Assembly (NCBI GenBank): GCA_039809385.1
Contig: JBDHUY010000018.1
Coordinates: forward strand, 1 to 30,683
DNA: 30,683 nucleotides
Origin: Candidatus Altimarinota bacterium
GTDB lineage: Bacteria; Patescibacteriota; Gracilibacteria; JBDHUY01
Direction: 5' to 3'
In this document: positions 1 to 9,758 of the stretch, piece after piece
How the letters are laid out: every line of letters begins with the position of its first letter
Position numbering within the stretch: position 1 is the first letter of the stretch
Position numbers and translations under genes: made by a program
Notes under the pieces: generated by a model
Databases searched by the model: none
What the model saw: the letters and a program-made list of their open reading frames with translations, nothing else
Told to the model about the DNA's origin: nothing

Positions 1-40
1 TAAAGAATAAACAGAAGTTCGGTTTGTATCTTATTTTTTG

Positions 41-68
41 TTGACATTTGATTAAAAATATTTATCAT
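41..68 (+). promoter_or_regulatory. sigma70-type promoter (TTGACA-16 bp-TATCAT)
   Basis: Perfect TTGACA at 41-46 and TATCAT at 63-68 upstream of ORF 154; an additional TATAAT at 84-89. Confidence 0.6.
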
Positions 69-153
69 GGAGCACTTTTTATGTATAATGTAATGATAAT
101 TTAAAAAATCAAATTATATTTGTATTTTCTTTAATTCTTTTTATCTCCCTATT

Positions 154-1200
154 ATGGAAACATCCACGCAGCACCCTCGGCCTGATTTTATTCAATTGTT
201 AAACTTGTTTCCTGGTTTAACTCATCGTATTGATACGATATATGGTGGGGAATTAAATCCTGCTATAGCAACTCCTGAAGATTATACAATCGGTTCTGCG
301 ATAAACAATCTCGTAGAAGCCGGAGTATGCATTGATATCGATTTGATTCAAACTTCATCGTTACAAAAAAGCGATGAAATAGAACAGGAGATATTGGGAA
401 TGAATCAGCAATATCAGGCTTGGTATGAAATGATTAATAGTATTAAACTAGATGACGAGATTATTGCTCAACGTCTGAAAGGTGTTCTTGATCCTATCCG
501 CAGGAAAATGGCGAAGCTTGAAAAAAAATATGATTTCCTGGATTTCTTTATGCCTCAAACAATCAAAAGGCTCAGTATAAGCCAAGAAGACTATAACATC
601 TTCTATGCATTACTAACAGAAAGAGGAATGCAGGACCCGGAGATACTCCAGGTTTTATTGGCTATTAGAACATTTAGTCGTTCGTGGATGACTGAGCTGA
701 ACAACCAGCGCAATGATGCCAGGACTGCTTTTTACCAGGATGTCAAAATCATAAGAAATGTTGTAGGGAGAAATATAAAAGGTGAACTCTTTGGATATGA
801 CAATAATGATAACAGACAAACAGAAAGTCCAGTCGCAGAGGTTCCAGTACAGAGAGGGGTCAATCTGTCCAGTCTGGCTGAACGATTGAAATTCAAATCT
901 CCAGACTACCTCCTCTCACAAACTGATTTTAGGAAACTAATAAATGATGTATCAGGTTATAATGTTTCTGATATTGATCCTCGGTTTGCAAGCCAATTTC
1001 GCGACAATCTTACAAGGATGACTAAACTGACATCAGACCGTAAATCTCAACATTCCATGAGGTTACAGTCTTTTATTGATGGTGATGATGCTAGCCAGAT
1101 GGAGATGATAGATGCAGGACTTGTAAATAAGTATATAAAGTTACTTGAGGCTCAAAATGAGCTTATCCGAAAAACTAGAAACCTTCAAAATCTAGAATAA
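154..1200 (+). CDS. hypothetical protein (348 aa, helical)
   Basis: Long ORF with an upstream promoter and a pyrimidine-rich start context; no recognisable motif. Confidence 0.75.
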   Translation: METSTQHPRPDFIQLLNLFPGLTHRIDTIYGGELNPAIATPEDYTIGSAINNLVEAGVCIDIDLIQTSSLQKSDEIEQEILGMNQQYQAWYEMINSIKLDDEIIAQRLKGVLDPIRRKMAKLEKKYDFLDFFMPQTIKRLSISQEDYNIFYALLTERGMQDPEILQVLLAIRTFSRSWMTELNNQRNDARTAFYQDVKIIRNVVGRNIKGELFGYDNNDNRQTESPVAEVPVQRGVNLSSLAERLKFKSPDYLLSQTDFRKLINDVSGYNVSDIDPRFASQFRDNLTRMTKLTSDRKSQHSMRLQSFIDGDDASQMEMIDAGLVNKYIKLLEAQNELIRKTRNLQNLE

Positions 1201-1238
1201 AATCTTTCAGATCTTATTACTTTTTTATCATTCTATAT

Positions 1239-3998
1239 ATGGCTGTTAATAAAAAAACAGAATCAGCAAATACTTATGTCGATCCGGAAATACAACGAGA
1301 GCAAATGGAGGAATATGTCGGTGAAGTTTTGGCTATTATTGCTCGCCAAATACGGAATACAAAGCCTAACTATCCTCAAATAGCGACAGATATTTTCGAA
1401 AACGAGCAAACTCAACGGCGATATCCGTGGATAAAAGAAATAGCTAAAGGGAAAAACTATAATGCTTTTAAACAGCACGTTTCGGTTCTTCTCAAAAATC
1501 GTATTGAGTATGCTAAGAAAGCAGGTGAAGAGAATAAGAATCAGAAAGAGATAGAGTTGGAGCGCATCGTCCCGGCCATATTTGAGGCGATGATGAGGTA
1601 CCAGATTATTCCTCCGATGGAAAATGCTCCGAATGTCCCCCTGGTAATGGAAAATAATTCTTCTCTGGCGCTTAATCCGGATGGTTTTGTGAGGCTGGAT
1701 CAAATGGACATTTGGCGTAAAACGCTTAAATCCCTTATATCTACAGGAACATGGGGATTCGGTACACTTACTTCTGTACTTGGTCTTGCAAATATGGTCG
1801 GACCTACTACTTCCGAAATATTTAAAAACTTTGAACCATCTACTCAAGAAGCCGTGCGTTGGACGGCTGCTCTGATCCTCGGATTTGCATGTACTGGTCT
1901 TATTCAGACTATCAAAAATGAATTCGATAAAAAATACTTTCACGAATTGGAAGATTTTCGTTCTTCCATATCACATGCAATGCGGTGGGGTACTAAGACT
2001 ACAAAGAAGTCTGCTCAAATAGCTCTTATTTTAGCCTCTACACTGGTGGTAGCTTTTGACTTGGTAACAAATGCGGGTGGTGTTGGAGCATTGTTTTTAC
2101 AAAAAAAAGCTCAGGCTGCTGAGATTCAACAGGTAAAAGATGATATTGGAGATGCAGAAAGAAATATCCGAGCAAAATTGAAAGAATTTCAGGCGCTTCC
2201 GCAAAAAGCCACTGATTTGGGAGAGCAAATCAGAAGGGATGAAGAAACGGGTAAGCAATCAAAAAAGCCAGGAGTAGGTCCGCTCACAGACATCAAACAA
2301 GATCTGTTTCAGGATACTCCGGCTTCAAGACAAAAAGTGGAAGCATATGGAGATCAATTTTCCAAAGATTTATTGGCGGCAGTTGATAATTCCGGGGTGA
2401 GAAATGAAAAACCGATTGGTCAAGAAGTCCGCGAAGTTGTGGATCCTGCAGTTGAATCTGTCAATCGAGAGTTGGATGAATTAAAGCAGTTATTGACCCA
2501 GCTCAGTAATACAGACTCTCCGGAAGTTGCTAATCCAAAGTTAAAAGTAATTAGTGATAAACTTGCTTCTATTATTTCTAAACTGAAAGACGATACACCC
2601 CATGATTTGGATGCAATTTACGCTAAATATCGCAAAGCTATGGAAGATATTGGGCGGACTGCTATTACTAGTGGTAGATATGAAAATTATGATCCTGCTT
2701 TGCTGCCTGATATGGGAACGCCAAAGGTTGAGATATCTGTCCCGCCGATGAAGGTCACCCAATTCTTTTTTCTTACGCTGGATAGATTGATTGATGCTAT
2801 AAGACAGGAACCTTCTAAATTATATGCCTTATTTTCTGCATTAATTGCTATTGTTGGGGCTGTCTTGTCCGGATATGGTGAGTATTGGAATACTCGTGCG
2901 CAGCGAAGAATGCATGTAAAACATTCTGAAGAGGTAAAGAATCGTGAAAAAGTTTTAGCAAATATGATAGAACATCTTACAACTATTATAGACAATGTGA
3001 TTAATTCTAAAGCTATGGCCAGTTACTTCTCTAATGTTCCTGTTAGCCGCGGGGCTATTCATAAAGCTTTACAGGTAAAATTGGGAGAATTGTTTGACCC
3101 GATTGATCAAGGAAAAATTTCTACTGGTGGGCGGAAATTTCTAGATTTTCTGAAAAATTACTTTTTGCCTGATGTCCCTATCCCTCCGACACCAGCCGAA
3201 ATTAAAGTGCATTTGACGGAAACTGAGATCAGCAAAGAACATAATAAAAGAGCTCAGGCAATGACAGATTTATGTATTTATGCAGGTGAGTATATAAAAG
3301 ATATACTTCGTCTTATTATGCCCAGTAATAAATCGGTTGATGTGGTTGGCAATCCGGATAAAGATTTCGATATACCAACATTACGCGAAAAGAATAGCAT
3401 TTCTATCTTTAAGCAAAATTTGAGTGAAGCGATCGATATTCGTCGTCAGCTTGAAAAGGGTATGGAATATTTAAAGTCAGCTCTCCCTGCGAAATTCGGT
3501 GTTGTCAGCGCAAATGAAAAACAAAATCAAACAGATTTTTTTACCAGATATGGAGCAATATCTCGGAGTATTCACGCTTTAAAAGATCAATATCCTATAT
3601 CGTTTCGTTCAGTACCTCTAGAAACTGCGGATCAGAAAAAATTAGGAGAGTTAAACACGGATCTCGACAAAATGCTTGCGACTCTACAGTCACTACATAA
3701 CGAAATGCTTGATAATTTGCATGATGAGCTTCAAAACGACATCGGCAATGAAATGAAACAGATCATAAAAGATTTAGATGATCAGGATTTAGATCTTCAA
3801 ACATTAAATAAATCTGAGTCTGATTTTCGTACCTATCAGAACCGCATTGATACAATTGAGAGTCTAATAAAAAATTACAGTCTCGAATTAAATATCCAGG
3901 TATCTTCCGAAATCGCTCGCATCTCAGAGTTTACTAGTGAACTCAAAGAAAAAATTCGTTCGAAAAAAACATGGATGAATACTGCTATAAGATCTTAA
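1239..3998 (+). CDS. large membrane coiled-coil protein with a DUF4407-like central region
   Basis: Three hydrophobic segments (~aa 165-290), a coiled coil with 'DEETGKQSKKPGVGP' resembling the E..G...G.GP motif of DUF4407, a fourth TM at ~aa 528-546 and a helical C-terminus. Confidence 0.7.
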   Translation: MAVNKKTESANTYVDPEIQREQMEEYVGEVLAIIARQIRNTKPNYPQIATDIFENEQTQRRYPWIKEIAKGKNYNAFKQHVSVLLKNRIEYAKKAGEENKNQKEIELERIVPAIFEAMMRYQIIPPMENAPNVPLVMENNSSLALNPDGFVRLDQMDIWRKTLKSLISTGTWGFGTLTSVLGLANMVGPTTSEIFKNFEPSTQEAVRWTAALILGFACTGLIQTIKNEFDKKYFHELEDFRSSISHAMRWGTKTTKKSAQIALILASTLVVAFDLVTNAGGVGALFLQKKAQAAEIQQVKDDIGDAERNIRAKLKEFQALPQKATDLGEQIRRDEETGKQSKKPGVGPLTDIKQDLFQDTPASRQKVEAYGDQFSKDLLAAVDNSGVRNEKPIGQEVREVVDPAVESVNRELDELKQLLTQLSNTDSPEVANPKLKVISDKLASIISKLKDDTPHDLDAIYAKYRKAMEDIGRTAITSGRYENYDPALLPDMGTPKVEISVPPMKVTQFFFLTLDRLIDAIRQEPSKLYALFSALIAIVGAVLSGYGEYWNTRAQRRMHVKHSEEVKNREKVLANMIEHLTTIIDNVINSKAMASYFSNVPVSRGAIHKALQVKLGELFDPIDQGKISTGGRKFLDFLKNYFLPDVPIPPTPAEIKVHLTETEISKEHNKRAQAMTDLCIYAGEYIKDILRLIMPSNKSVDVVGNPDKDFDIPTLREKNSISIFKQNLSEAIDIRRQLEKGMEYLKSALPAKFGVVSANEKQNQTDFFTRYGAISRSIHALKDQYPISFRSVPLETADQKKLGELNTDLDKMLATLQSLHNEMLDNLHDELQNDIGNEMKQIIKDLDDQDLDLQTLNKSESDFRTYQNRIDTIESLIKNYSLELNIQVSSEIARISEFTSELKEKIRSKKTWMNTAIRS

Positions 3999-4030
3999 TT
4001 GTTTCGTTTTCATTATTCCATTCACTATAT

Positions 4031-4081
4031 CCCCCGAACTCCACCAGTTCCTCCGGGAACTTCTCATCGACGCCGGCCAGA
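4031..4081 (+). repeat. 51-bp direct repeat, copy 1 (start-less copy of the 5' end of gene 5378..5701)
   Basis: cccccgaactccaccagttcctccgggaacttctcatcgacgccggccaga is identical to 5382-5432. Confidence 0.95.
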
Positions 4082-4120
4082 AGTCGTGATAAAGTTTTAT
4101 TTCTCTGATTCAAATGTCTA

Positions 4121-5341
4121 ATGCCTAATGCAAAATTATCACCATCAACTGAGAATGAACCGAAAGTTATTGAAAATCGGGAAAGTCAGATCCGAGAACT
4201 TTCAGAAGAAATGAGCGCATATTACTTGAGCTATGCAAAAACGTTGAAAAATCACGGGCAATCTTCAACACCGAAGGTTCCAAGTGTCGTGGATCATGCT
4301 TTCTCTAAAAAATCCGCATACCCATGGCTGCAAACTATACGTGAGACCGATACAAATAAGGTTTTCTATGACGGATTAGTTACCCTGGTGCAGAACATAA
4401 CTGATAAGTGCATCCAAGAAAAAATACCCCAGGAGCAGTTACAACAACGACTGACCCGAGAAGTTCAAGAATTCATATCCGCATACTGCGATGTATTGGA
4501 GAAAAAAGGATTTCTTATTCCTGTTGAAGGGAATAACGACCAGACAGTGGGAACCATAGGCCATGAACGGCGTATTTCAACCTTTAAAAAAGCATTGTTT
4601 GATACTCAAACCACAGTTAACCAACTATCGGAATCTCTTGACCAAATACATAAAAAGATACAGGATTCACTAAAAAACGAGTTATCTTTCTCTGGAGAAT
4701 TAGATTTCCTGAAACGACAAATAATACAGGATGTCGGAAATGTTGCTAATGAAATCGCATTCATAAAAAGGCAAAATGATACAATCCCGAGTACCGTTGA
4801 TCAATATGACCAGGCACATCTTGAGACTCTGAATACGAAATTATCCGAACTGGAGAATAAGCTCGTTGAGATTAATACGGAGATCGGGGGTAAACTTTTA
4901 GAACATCTTCGCAAAATCGATAAAAGACTGCTTATAATAGAGCACGTTGATTCGAATTTGAGTCAAATGGATCAACTTAAAGAATTTTCCTCGGAATACG
5001 GTCTCCTTGTAAAGACACAAGAGATCATTTTCGATCGGAATTTTAGACCACCGAACGAAGAAGTGTATAAGCTTTTTGAACGTGTAAAATCCTCCATTAC
5101 AGATAAAGGTATTCACATGATTTCCGAAAGACTTGTCGAAACAGAAGAAATATTATCTCAGATCCTTGATGGTACAGTAATTCAGGTCGGCAAGGTGCCT
5201 TATCATCCTGAGCATGTACTGGATGCAATTAGACAGATGTTCCAGCAGAATTTCATACCAAATACAGCAGTACTTCAAAAGTTTATTCGTGTAAAAAAAC
5301 TTTTTGAGGAATGTAAATTGCTGGTAGAATTCACATATTAA
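4121..5341 (+). CDS. hypothetical soluble coiled-coil protein, paralog of the N- and C-terminal parts of 1239..3998
   Basis: Shared blocks YPWLQTI/YPWIKEI, RRISTFKKAL/NSISIFKQNL and DQAHLETLNTKL/DQKKLGELNTDL; no TM segment. Confidence 0.75.
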   Translation: MPNAKLSPSTENEPKVIENRESQIRELSEEMSAYYLSYAKTLKNHGQSSTPKVPSVVDHAFSKKSAYPWLQTIRETDTNKVFYDGLVTLVQNITDKCIQEKIPQEQLQQRLTREVQEFISAYCDVLEKKGFLIPVEGNNDQTVGTIGHERRISTFKKALFDTQTTVNQLSESLDQIHKKIQDSLKNELSFSGELDFLKRQIIQDVGNVANEIAFIKRQNDTIPSTVDQYDQAHLETLNTKLSELENKLVEINTEIGGKLLEHLRKIDKRLLIIEHVDSNLSQMDQLKEFSSEYGLLVKTQEIIFDRNFRPPNEEVYKLFERVKSSITDKGIHMISERLVETEEILSQILDGTVIQVGKVPYHPEHVLDAIRQMFQQNFIPNTAVLQKFIRVKKLFEECKLLVEFTY

Positions 5342-5377
5342 AACAATTGAGTTCTATCTTTTTAAGCATGATATCCT

Positions 5378-5701
5378 ATGACCCCCGAACTCCACCAGTT
5401 CCTCCGGGAACTTCTCATCGACGCCGGCCAGACCGACATGCCTCCCGAACTTGAGGAGCAAATGATCAAGGACCTCTACACCCGCCTCGAGGATCGTCTC
5501 ATGCTGGCCGCCCTCGAGCGCCTCACCGAACAGCAGCAAGAAGAGCTTGAACGCATGGCCGAACGGAAAAAATCTGCCGAAGCCGTCGAGATCTACCTCA
5601 AACAACACATCCCAGACTACGACAAATTCTTTGCCCAAGTTCTGGAAGACTTCCGCGCACTCTACGTAGAAGCCTCGAAAGATGGAGAAGCGGAAGAATG
5701 A
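5378..5701 (+). CDS. DUF5663-like small acidic helical protein
   Basis: Pattern 'LLIDAGQTDMPPELEEQMIKDLYTRLEDRL...LTEQQQEEL...YLKQHIPDYDKF' resembles the CPR-typical DUF5663 family. Confidence 0.7.
   Translation: MTPELHQFLRELLIDAGQTDMPPELEEQMIKDLYTRLEDRLMLAALERLTEQQQEELERMAERKKSAEAVEIYLKQHIPDYDKFFAQVLEDFRALYVEASKDGEAEE
5382..5432 (+). repeat. 51-bp direct repeat, copy 2
   Basis: Identical to 4031-4081; lies within codons 2-19 of 5378..5701. Confidence 0.95.
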
Positions 5702-5728
5702 TTGAGGTATACCTTTGAACCGTGAATC

Positions 5729-5768
5729 AAAAAAGAGCCCACCTAAAAACATGGTAGGCTCTTTTTTT
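5729..5768. terminator. intrinsic terminator (bidirectional form)
   Basis: aaaaaagagcc-cacc...ggta-ggctctttttt hairpin with A and T tracts. Confidence 0.75.
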
Positions 5769-5853
5769 GCTGCTTTCTTATAAAAATTTTAGGTTTGGTC
5801 ATTGCATCACCCCACCTCCTTTGCTATCCTCCCCATGCAGCTATATCAGAACC

Positions 5854-6465
5854 ATGACCATGACAACTACCACCTTTCAAAAACAGGTTTTAGCAAAATT
5901 GAGCGCCTATGATAAAATCCTCGAAAGGATTGTTGATCGGCTGGGAACAAACGATACATTCCAGAAACACATACTTTCGAAACTTGAAGCAAACGATACA
6001 TTCCAGAAATATGTACTTTCGAAACTCGAAGCGAATGACAAATTCCAAGAACACGTTCTTTCCAAACTGACAGCCCTGAGCAATGCCCAAGACCAGATAT
6101 TCAAGCGATTGACCTCCCTTGAGAAAACGCAGGAATATATTCTGGGAAAACTGGCAGTCAACGATAAGTTCCAGGAACATGTCCTTTCCAAACTCACGGC
6201 CTTGAGCAACGATATCTCCGGACTGCGTGAAGACATGAATCTGCGCTTCCGGGTCGTGGACGATCGTTTTGCGCAACTGTATGAGGATTTAGAGGATATG
6301 CGTAGTTCTATGACAAATCTCCAGCATAAGGTTGACGAGCTTGATGAAAATATGGAAGAGCATAGAATGATCACCGAAACAAAATTCGACTCATTGGTCT
6401 TTACGTTCGGTCATGAAAAGCGCATTCAAGGCTTGGAAAAACGCGTGGCGGTTTTGGAGAAGTGA
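5854..6465 (+). CDS. 14-aa-repeat coiled-coil (probably trimeric fibrous) protein
   Basis: Repeats NDTFQKHILSKLEA/NDTFQKYVLSKLEA/NDKFQEHVLSKLTA and C-terminal RIQGLE/RVAVLE; start moved to ATG 5854 because the ORF-track start overlaps the terminator. Confidence 0.75.
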   Translation: MTMTTTTFQKQVLAKLSAYDKILERIVDRLGTNDTFQKHILSKLEANDTFQKYVLSKLEANDKFQEHVLSKLTALSNAQDQIFKRLTSLEKTQEYILGKLAVNDKFQEHVLSKLTALSNDISGLREDMNLRFRVVDDRFAQLYEDLEDMRSSMTNLQHKVDELDENMEEHRMITETKFDSLVFTFGHEKRIQGLEKRVAVLEK

Positions 6466-6478
6466 TAGGTGTATTGTA

Positions 6479-7174
6479 CTACGCTGCCTGTTTTGTCGCA
6501 GGCGGATTGATCTTGGCCTCAAGGTCAGCTCTCTCCTGACTCAAACGTTGCGTAATGCTTTGGATATTTTCTCCGCTTGAACCGGTCGCTGCAGCCGCTT
6601 GTTTCATCAGACTTTTCCGCTCAATTTCGACATCCGCCAGTTCTTTTTTGATCCTTCTTTTCTGGATAAAATTGAACCAGCTTAGTTCTTCTCGCGTCTC
6701 TTCCAGCGTACGTTTCTTCGTATCCAGCGTATTCATCGAATTTGTAAGTCCGGACAGCGTGTCCAACATCTTTTGCACCTCTGCCAGTCTATTTTTGGCA
6801 GCCAATAGCTCTGTTTCTTTTCTGACTTTCGCTTCAGCAGTTTCCCTGTTTTCGATAAAGGACCGAATATCGGCGATCTTGGTAGTCTGATCCTCCGTAG
6901 CTTTTTTTTGTTGCTCGGCGGTTATTTTTGCCTGTTCTGAAAAATTGGTGAACAATCCCAGCAGTTTCTCGATTTTTCCGTGCAAAAAGTCTTTGGTATC
7001 ACCAATAGCTTTTAGAACAGCGCTTTGGTTTTGGATTTCACGTTTTTTTCTATCTTTTTCTGCGTTGTCATTTGCCGTATCGGAAGCTGCAGTCGGATTT
7101 TGATTCTCTGAAGTTGTCGTAGAAGTATCTGGATCCAAACTTTCTACTTGAGTGGGAACTTGATCCTTTCCCAT
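6479..7174 (-). CDS. hypothetical coiled-coil protein (231 aa)
   Basis: Last gene of a co-oriented - strand cluster; disordered N-terminus followed by heptad helices. Confidence 0.75.
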   Translation of the reverse strand: MGKDQVPTQVESLDPDTSTTTSENQNPTAASDTANDNAEKDRKKREIQNQSAVLKAIGDTKDFLHGKIEKLLGLFTNFSEQAKITAEQQKKATEDQTTKIADIRSFIENRETAEAKVRKETELLAAKNRLAEVQKMLDTLSGLTNSMNTLDTKKRTLEETREELSWFNFIQKRRIKKELADVEIERKSLMKQAAAATGSSGENIQSITQRLSQERADLEAKINPPATKQAA

Positions 7175-7206
7175 GATAATAAAAGATAGAGCAAATAATA
7201 TACAAA

Positions 7207-7455
7207 TTATTTCAAAGGAATCTGTTCATCCTTCTGCTGTTGAGAGGTATCTTCGGCTTTCATCACCTTTTGCGCGTATTCGACTGCCTCCAGATCTTTT
7301 CGCAACACTTCCAGAATATGATCCAAGTCCTTTTGATCGAATGTTCCTTCCTTAATTTTGCCAATCCAAAATTCCTGTTCCGCGATTGGCAGACTGGATG
7401 TTTGGATCTGGGTGATCAGGAGGCTGGCGTACTCGGTAGGGGAGGTTGTTTTCAT
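7207..7455 (-). CDS. hypothetical protein (82 aa)
   Basis: ATGA overlap with the upstream 749-aa gene; protein-like composition. Confidence 0.7.
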   Translation of the reverse strand: MKTTSPTEYASLLITQIQTSSLPIAEQEFWIGKIKEGTFDQKDLDHILEVLRKDLEAVEYAQKVMKAEDTSQQQKDEQIPLK

Positions 7456-9701
7456 GCTGGTTCGGGAATTGCTTGCTCATGTAAAATATGTGTACTCAGG
7501 CGTAAAAACTGTAGTCGTTCTTTTGCATCTTCCAAATTTACTGTTGGTTTCAATCTATCTTTTACTTTATCGTATAACCATCTTGCAAAGAGCGCGCTCT
7601 GTTTTTCCGCTCTCCCGGCCACACAGTTTTTAAAGAATAGTAATTGATTGCGTATATCGTCTCTTAAATCTCTATACCAGGTTTGCTCCACGGTTGTGGT
7701 CTTTTCCTGGAGCAGTGTTGTTTGATTTTTTCGTAGATCTTCGACTAAAAGGTCGTAATTTTGTTTCTCTGCAAAAGACATCCGGGCCTCGTATTCGCTA
7801 ACGGCGTTTTGTTGTTGTTCCTCTATCTGTTGCTGCTGGATTCTTGTAACGGCCGCCAAGTCCTGGTTCTCTAATGCCTGATACATCTGTTGTAGCTGTT
7901 CTACGCGTTTTTGATAATTTTCCATCTTGGCAATATAGGCCTGTAAATTTTGACGCCGATCTTCCAGATCGGTCAGTTGCTGATCGATTTCCTGCAGTTC
8001 GGTCATATCGCTTCCGGGGTTGAGCTGGACTTGCCTGAGCAGCATTAATTTTCGTTGGTTCAATCGACTTTCTTGGAGTTTGGTGCTATCAAGTCGATTT
8101 TTAAATACGGCAGTTGATCGCTGTACTTCTGCTTGTAACTTTTCAGGACTGCTATTAAAAGAAAATGTCTCTTTCAGTCCCTGCCAGCTTTGTTGAATGC
8201 CGAGGGAAATTTCGTCTAGTCCCAGCGCCACATTCCCTTTGGCAAATATGACCAAATTACGAATCCGGTTATACGCGAGATATCCTGCTATTCCGGCGGC
8301 ACCGACAGGGAGGGCGGCCAGCGCCGTTCCTAAGAGAAGATAACTGGCGGCAGCGGTTCCGGCTGCCGTCAAAATAGCTTGTCCTTTATGTTCTTTGAGC
8401 CGGTCCACCAGTCCGCGATTTTCGGTCAGGAGGTTCAGACTTTCTCTTTGATTCGCAATGTTCATTTCCATCATGGCCAAGTCTAATTTTCTTATTAAAC
8501 TGGCTTCTTGATCATTTAAAATTCCTGACATCCTGTTTTCTGCTCCCGCCAGATTGTCCGCGTAGCCTTTTTTCCGGAATTCTTTTTCCACGACACGTTC
8601 GCCCAATCGGGCTTCGGCAAGGCTGTTTTTTGGTTTTAATGTGTCTGGTCCCTGTGAAGTAATCGAAGACGAAAATCTGAGACGGTAGGTTTCCAGGGTC
8701 TCATCGTTGGCATTTTGTAAAGAGGTAAACACTTGTTTCTTTCTGTTCCACTCCTGAAATACATCCGATATTTTATCCGTTGTAGTGATTTGATGTCCGT
8801 CTTTCCCAATAGCTAGCAATAAACTGTTTGTATATTCAAATAAGGCAAGTTCTTTACTAGTCGTATTCTTTTTATGTACGAATGCTTCTTTGAACTTTGA
8901 TTTGCTATTCGCTACTTTTTTCAGATCATCCGACCAGTCCATATCGAGTTCTCGAATCTTGGACAGGGCTGCTTCAGATTTTTTCTCCAGCAGACTGGCT
9001 ATGTCTTGAGTTTGCAAAGCCTTAATTAAATCCGGAGTTACCGTATTGTATCCGAAAATATCTATTGCATGTTGTACCGCTTTGATCCTGTCCTCAGGTG
9101 TTTTTCCTGTTTCCGACTCAACTTTTTTGGCGATCGCTCGAGAGATATCGCCGGCTTTAACCGTTACTTTATCCTGATGTTCTTTTTGTAAACGTTGCCT
9201 TTCCCGTAAAGCTTCGAATTTTGCCGTAATGTATGCTTTCAGAGCCTGAATTGTATCTGGTTGGGCATTCGTGAGATGTAATGTTTTTATCAGATCATCT
9301 TGTTCTACGCTGGTAATTTCATTCTGTGTTATTTTCGGTACAATTTTCTGATTAATCTCAAGTCTGATTGTATCTTCTGCAATCGAATGAGGCGGATTTG
9401 TTAAAATTTGCAGTTTTTCGCGTGCATTTTTCCTACTTATGGGTTCTATTGCTTGTATAAATTTATTTGAGTCTATTTTGTTGGTTGTAGAATCAACAAT
9501 ATTCGTATCTATTCCTCGCAATAATTCGATTGCTCTCTTCTTACGATCCGTATCCGGAGCTTGGGGAGAGATTCCGGCTGTTTGAGCTAACTCAATGCTA
9601 TCCGAACGATCCTCCAATTTCGAATTCTGCAGAAAAACAACCAACATCTGGCTTAGCTTTTTCGAGAAATGCAACTCGTCTTTCAGCGTAGGTATGCGCA
9701 T
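7452..9701 (-). CDS. large coiled-coil protein with a Gly/Ala-rich hydrophobic hairpin
   Basis: 749-aa ORF; AILTAAGTAAASYLLLGTALAALPVGAAGIAGYLAY flanked by coiled coils. Confidence 0.8.
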   Translation of the reverse strand: MRIPTLKDELHFSKKLSQMLVVFLQNSKLEDRSDSIELAQTAGISPQAPDTDRKKRAIELLRGIDTNIVDSTTNKIDSNKFIQAIEPISRKNAREKLQILTNPPHSIAEDTIRLEINQKIVPKITQNEITSVEQDDLIKTLHLTNAQPDTIQALKAYITAKFEALRERQRLQKEHQDKVTVKAGDISRAIAKKVESETGKTPEDRIKAVQHAIDIFGYNTVTPDLIKALQTQDIASLLEKKSEAALSKIRELDMDWSDDLKKVANSKSKFKEAFVHKKNTTSKELALFEYTNSLLLAIGKDGHQITTTDKISDVFQEWNRKKQVFTSLQNANDETLETYRLRFSSSITSQGPDTLKPKNSLAEARLGERVVEKEFRKKGYADNLAGAENRMSGILNDQEASLIRKLDLAMMEMNIANQRESLNLLTENRGLVDRLKEHKGQAILTAAGTAAASYLLLGTALAALPVGAAGIAGYLAYNRIRNLVIFAKGNVALGLDEISLGIQQSWQGLKETFSFNSSPEKLQAEVQRSTAVFKNRLDSTKLQESRLNQRKLMLLRQVQLNPGSDMTELQEIDQQLTDLEDRRQNLQAYIAKMENYQKRVEQLQQMYQALENQDLAAVTRIQQQQIEEQQQNAVSEYEARMSFAEKQNYDLLVEDLRKNQTTLLQEKTTTVEQTWYRDLRDDIRNQLLFFKNCVAGRAEKQSALFARWLYDKVKDRLKPTVNLEDAKERLQFLRLSTHILHEQAIPEPA

Positions 9702-9758
9702 GTTTTTCTATTTTGAAATTTTGTTGTTTATGATTTCGAGAAACCGTATCTTACAAGA

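Noticed and set aside
4031-5432. DGR template/variable repeat pair
   Set aside because: The copies are identical, with no adenine-specific differences, and there is no reverse transcriptase in the window
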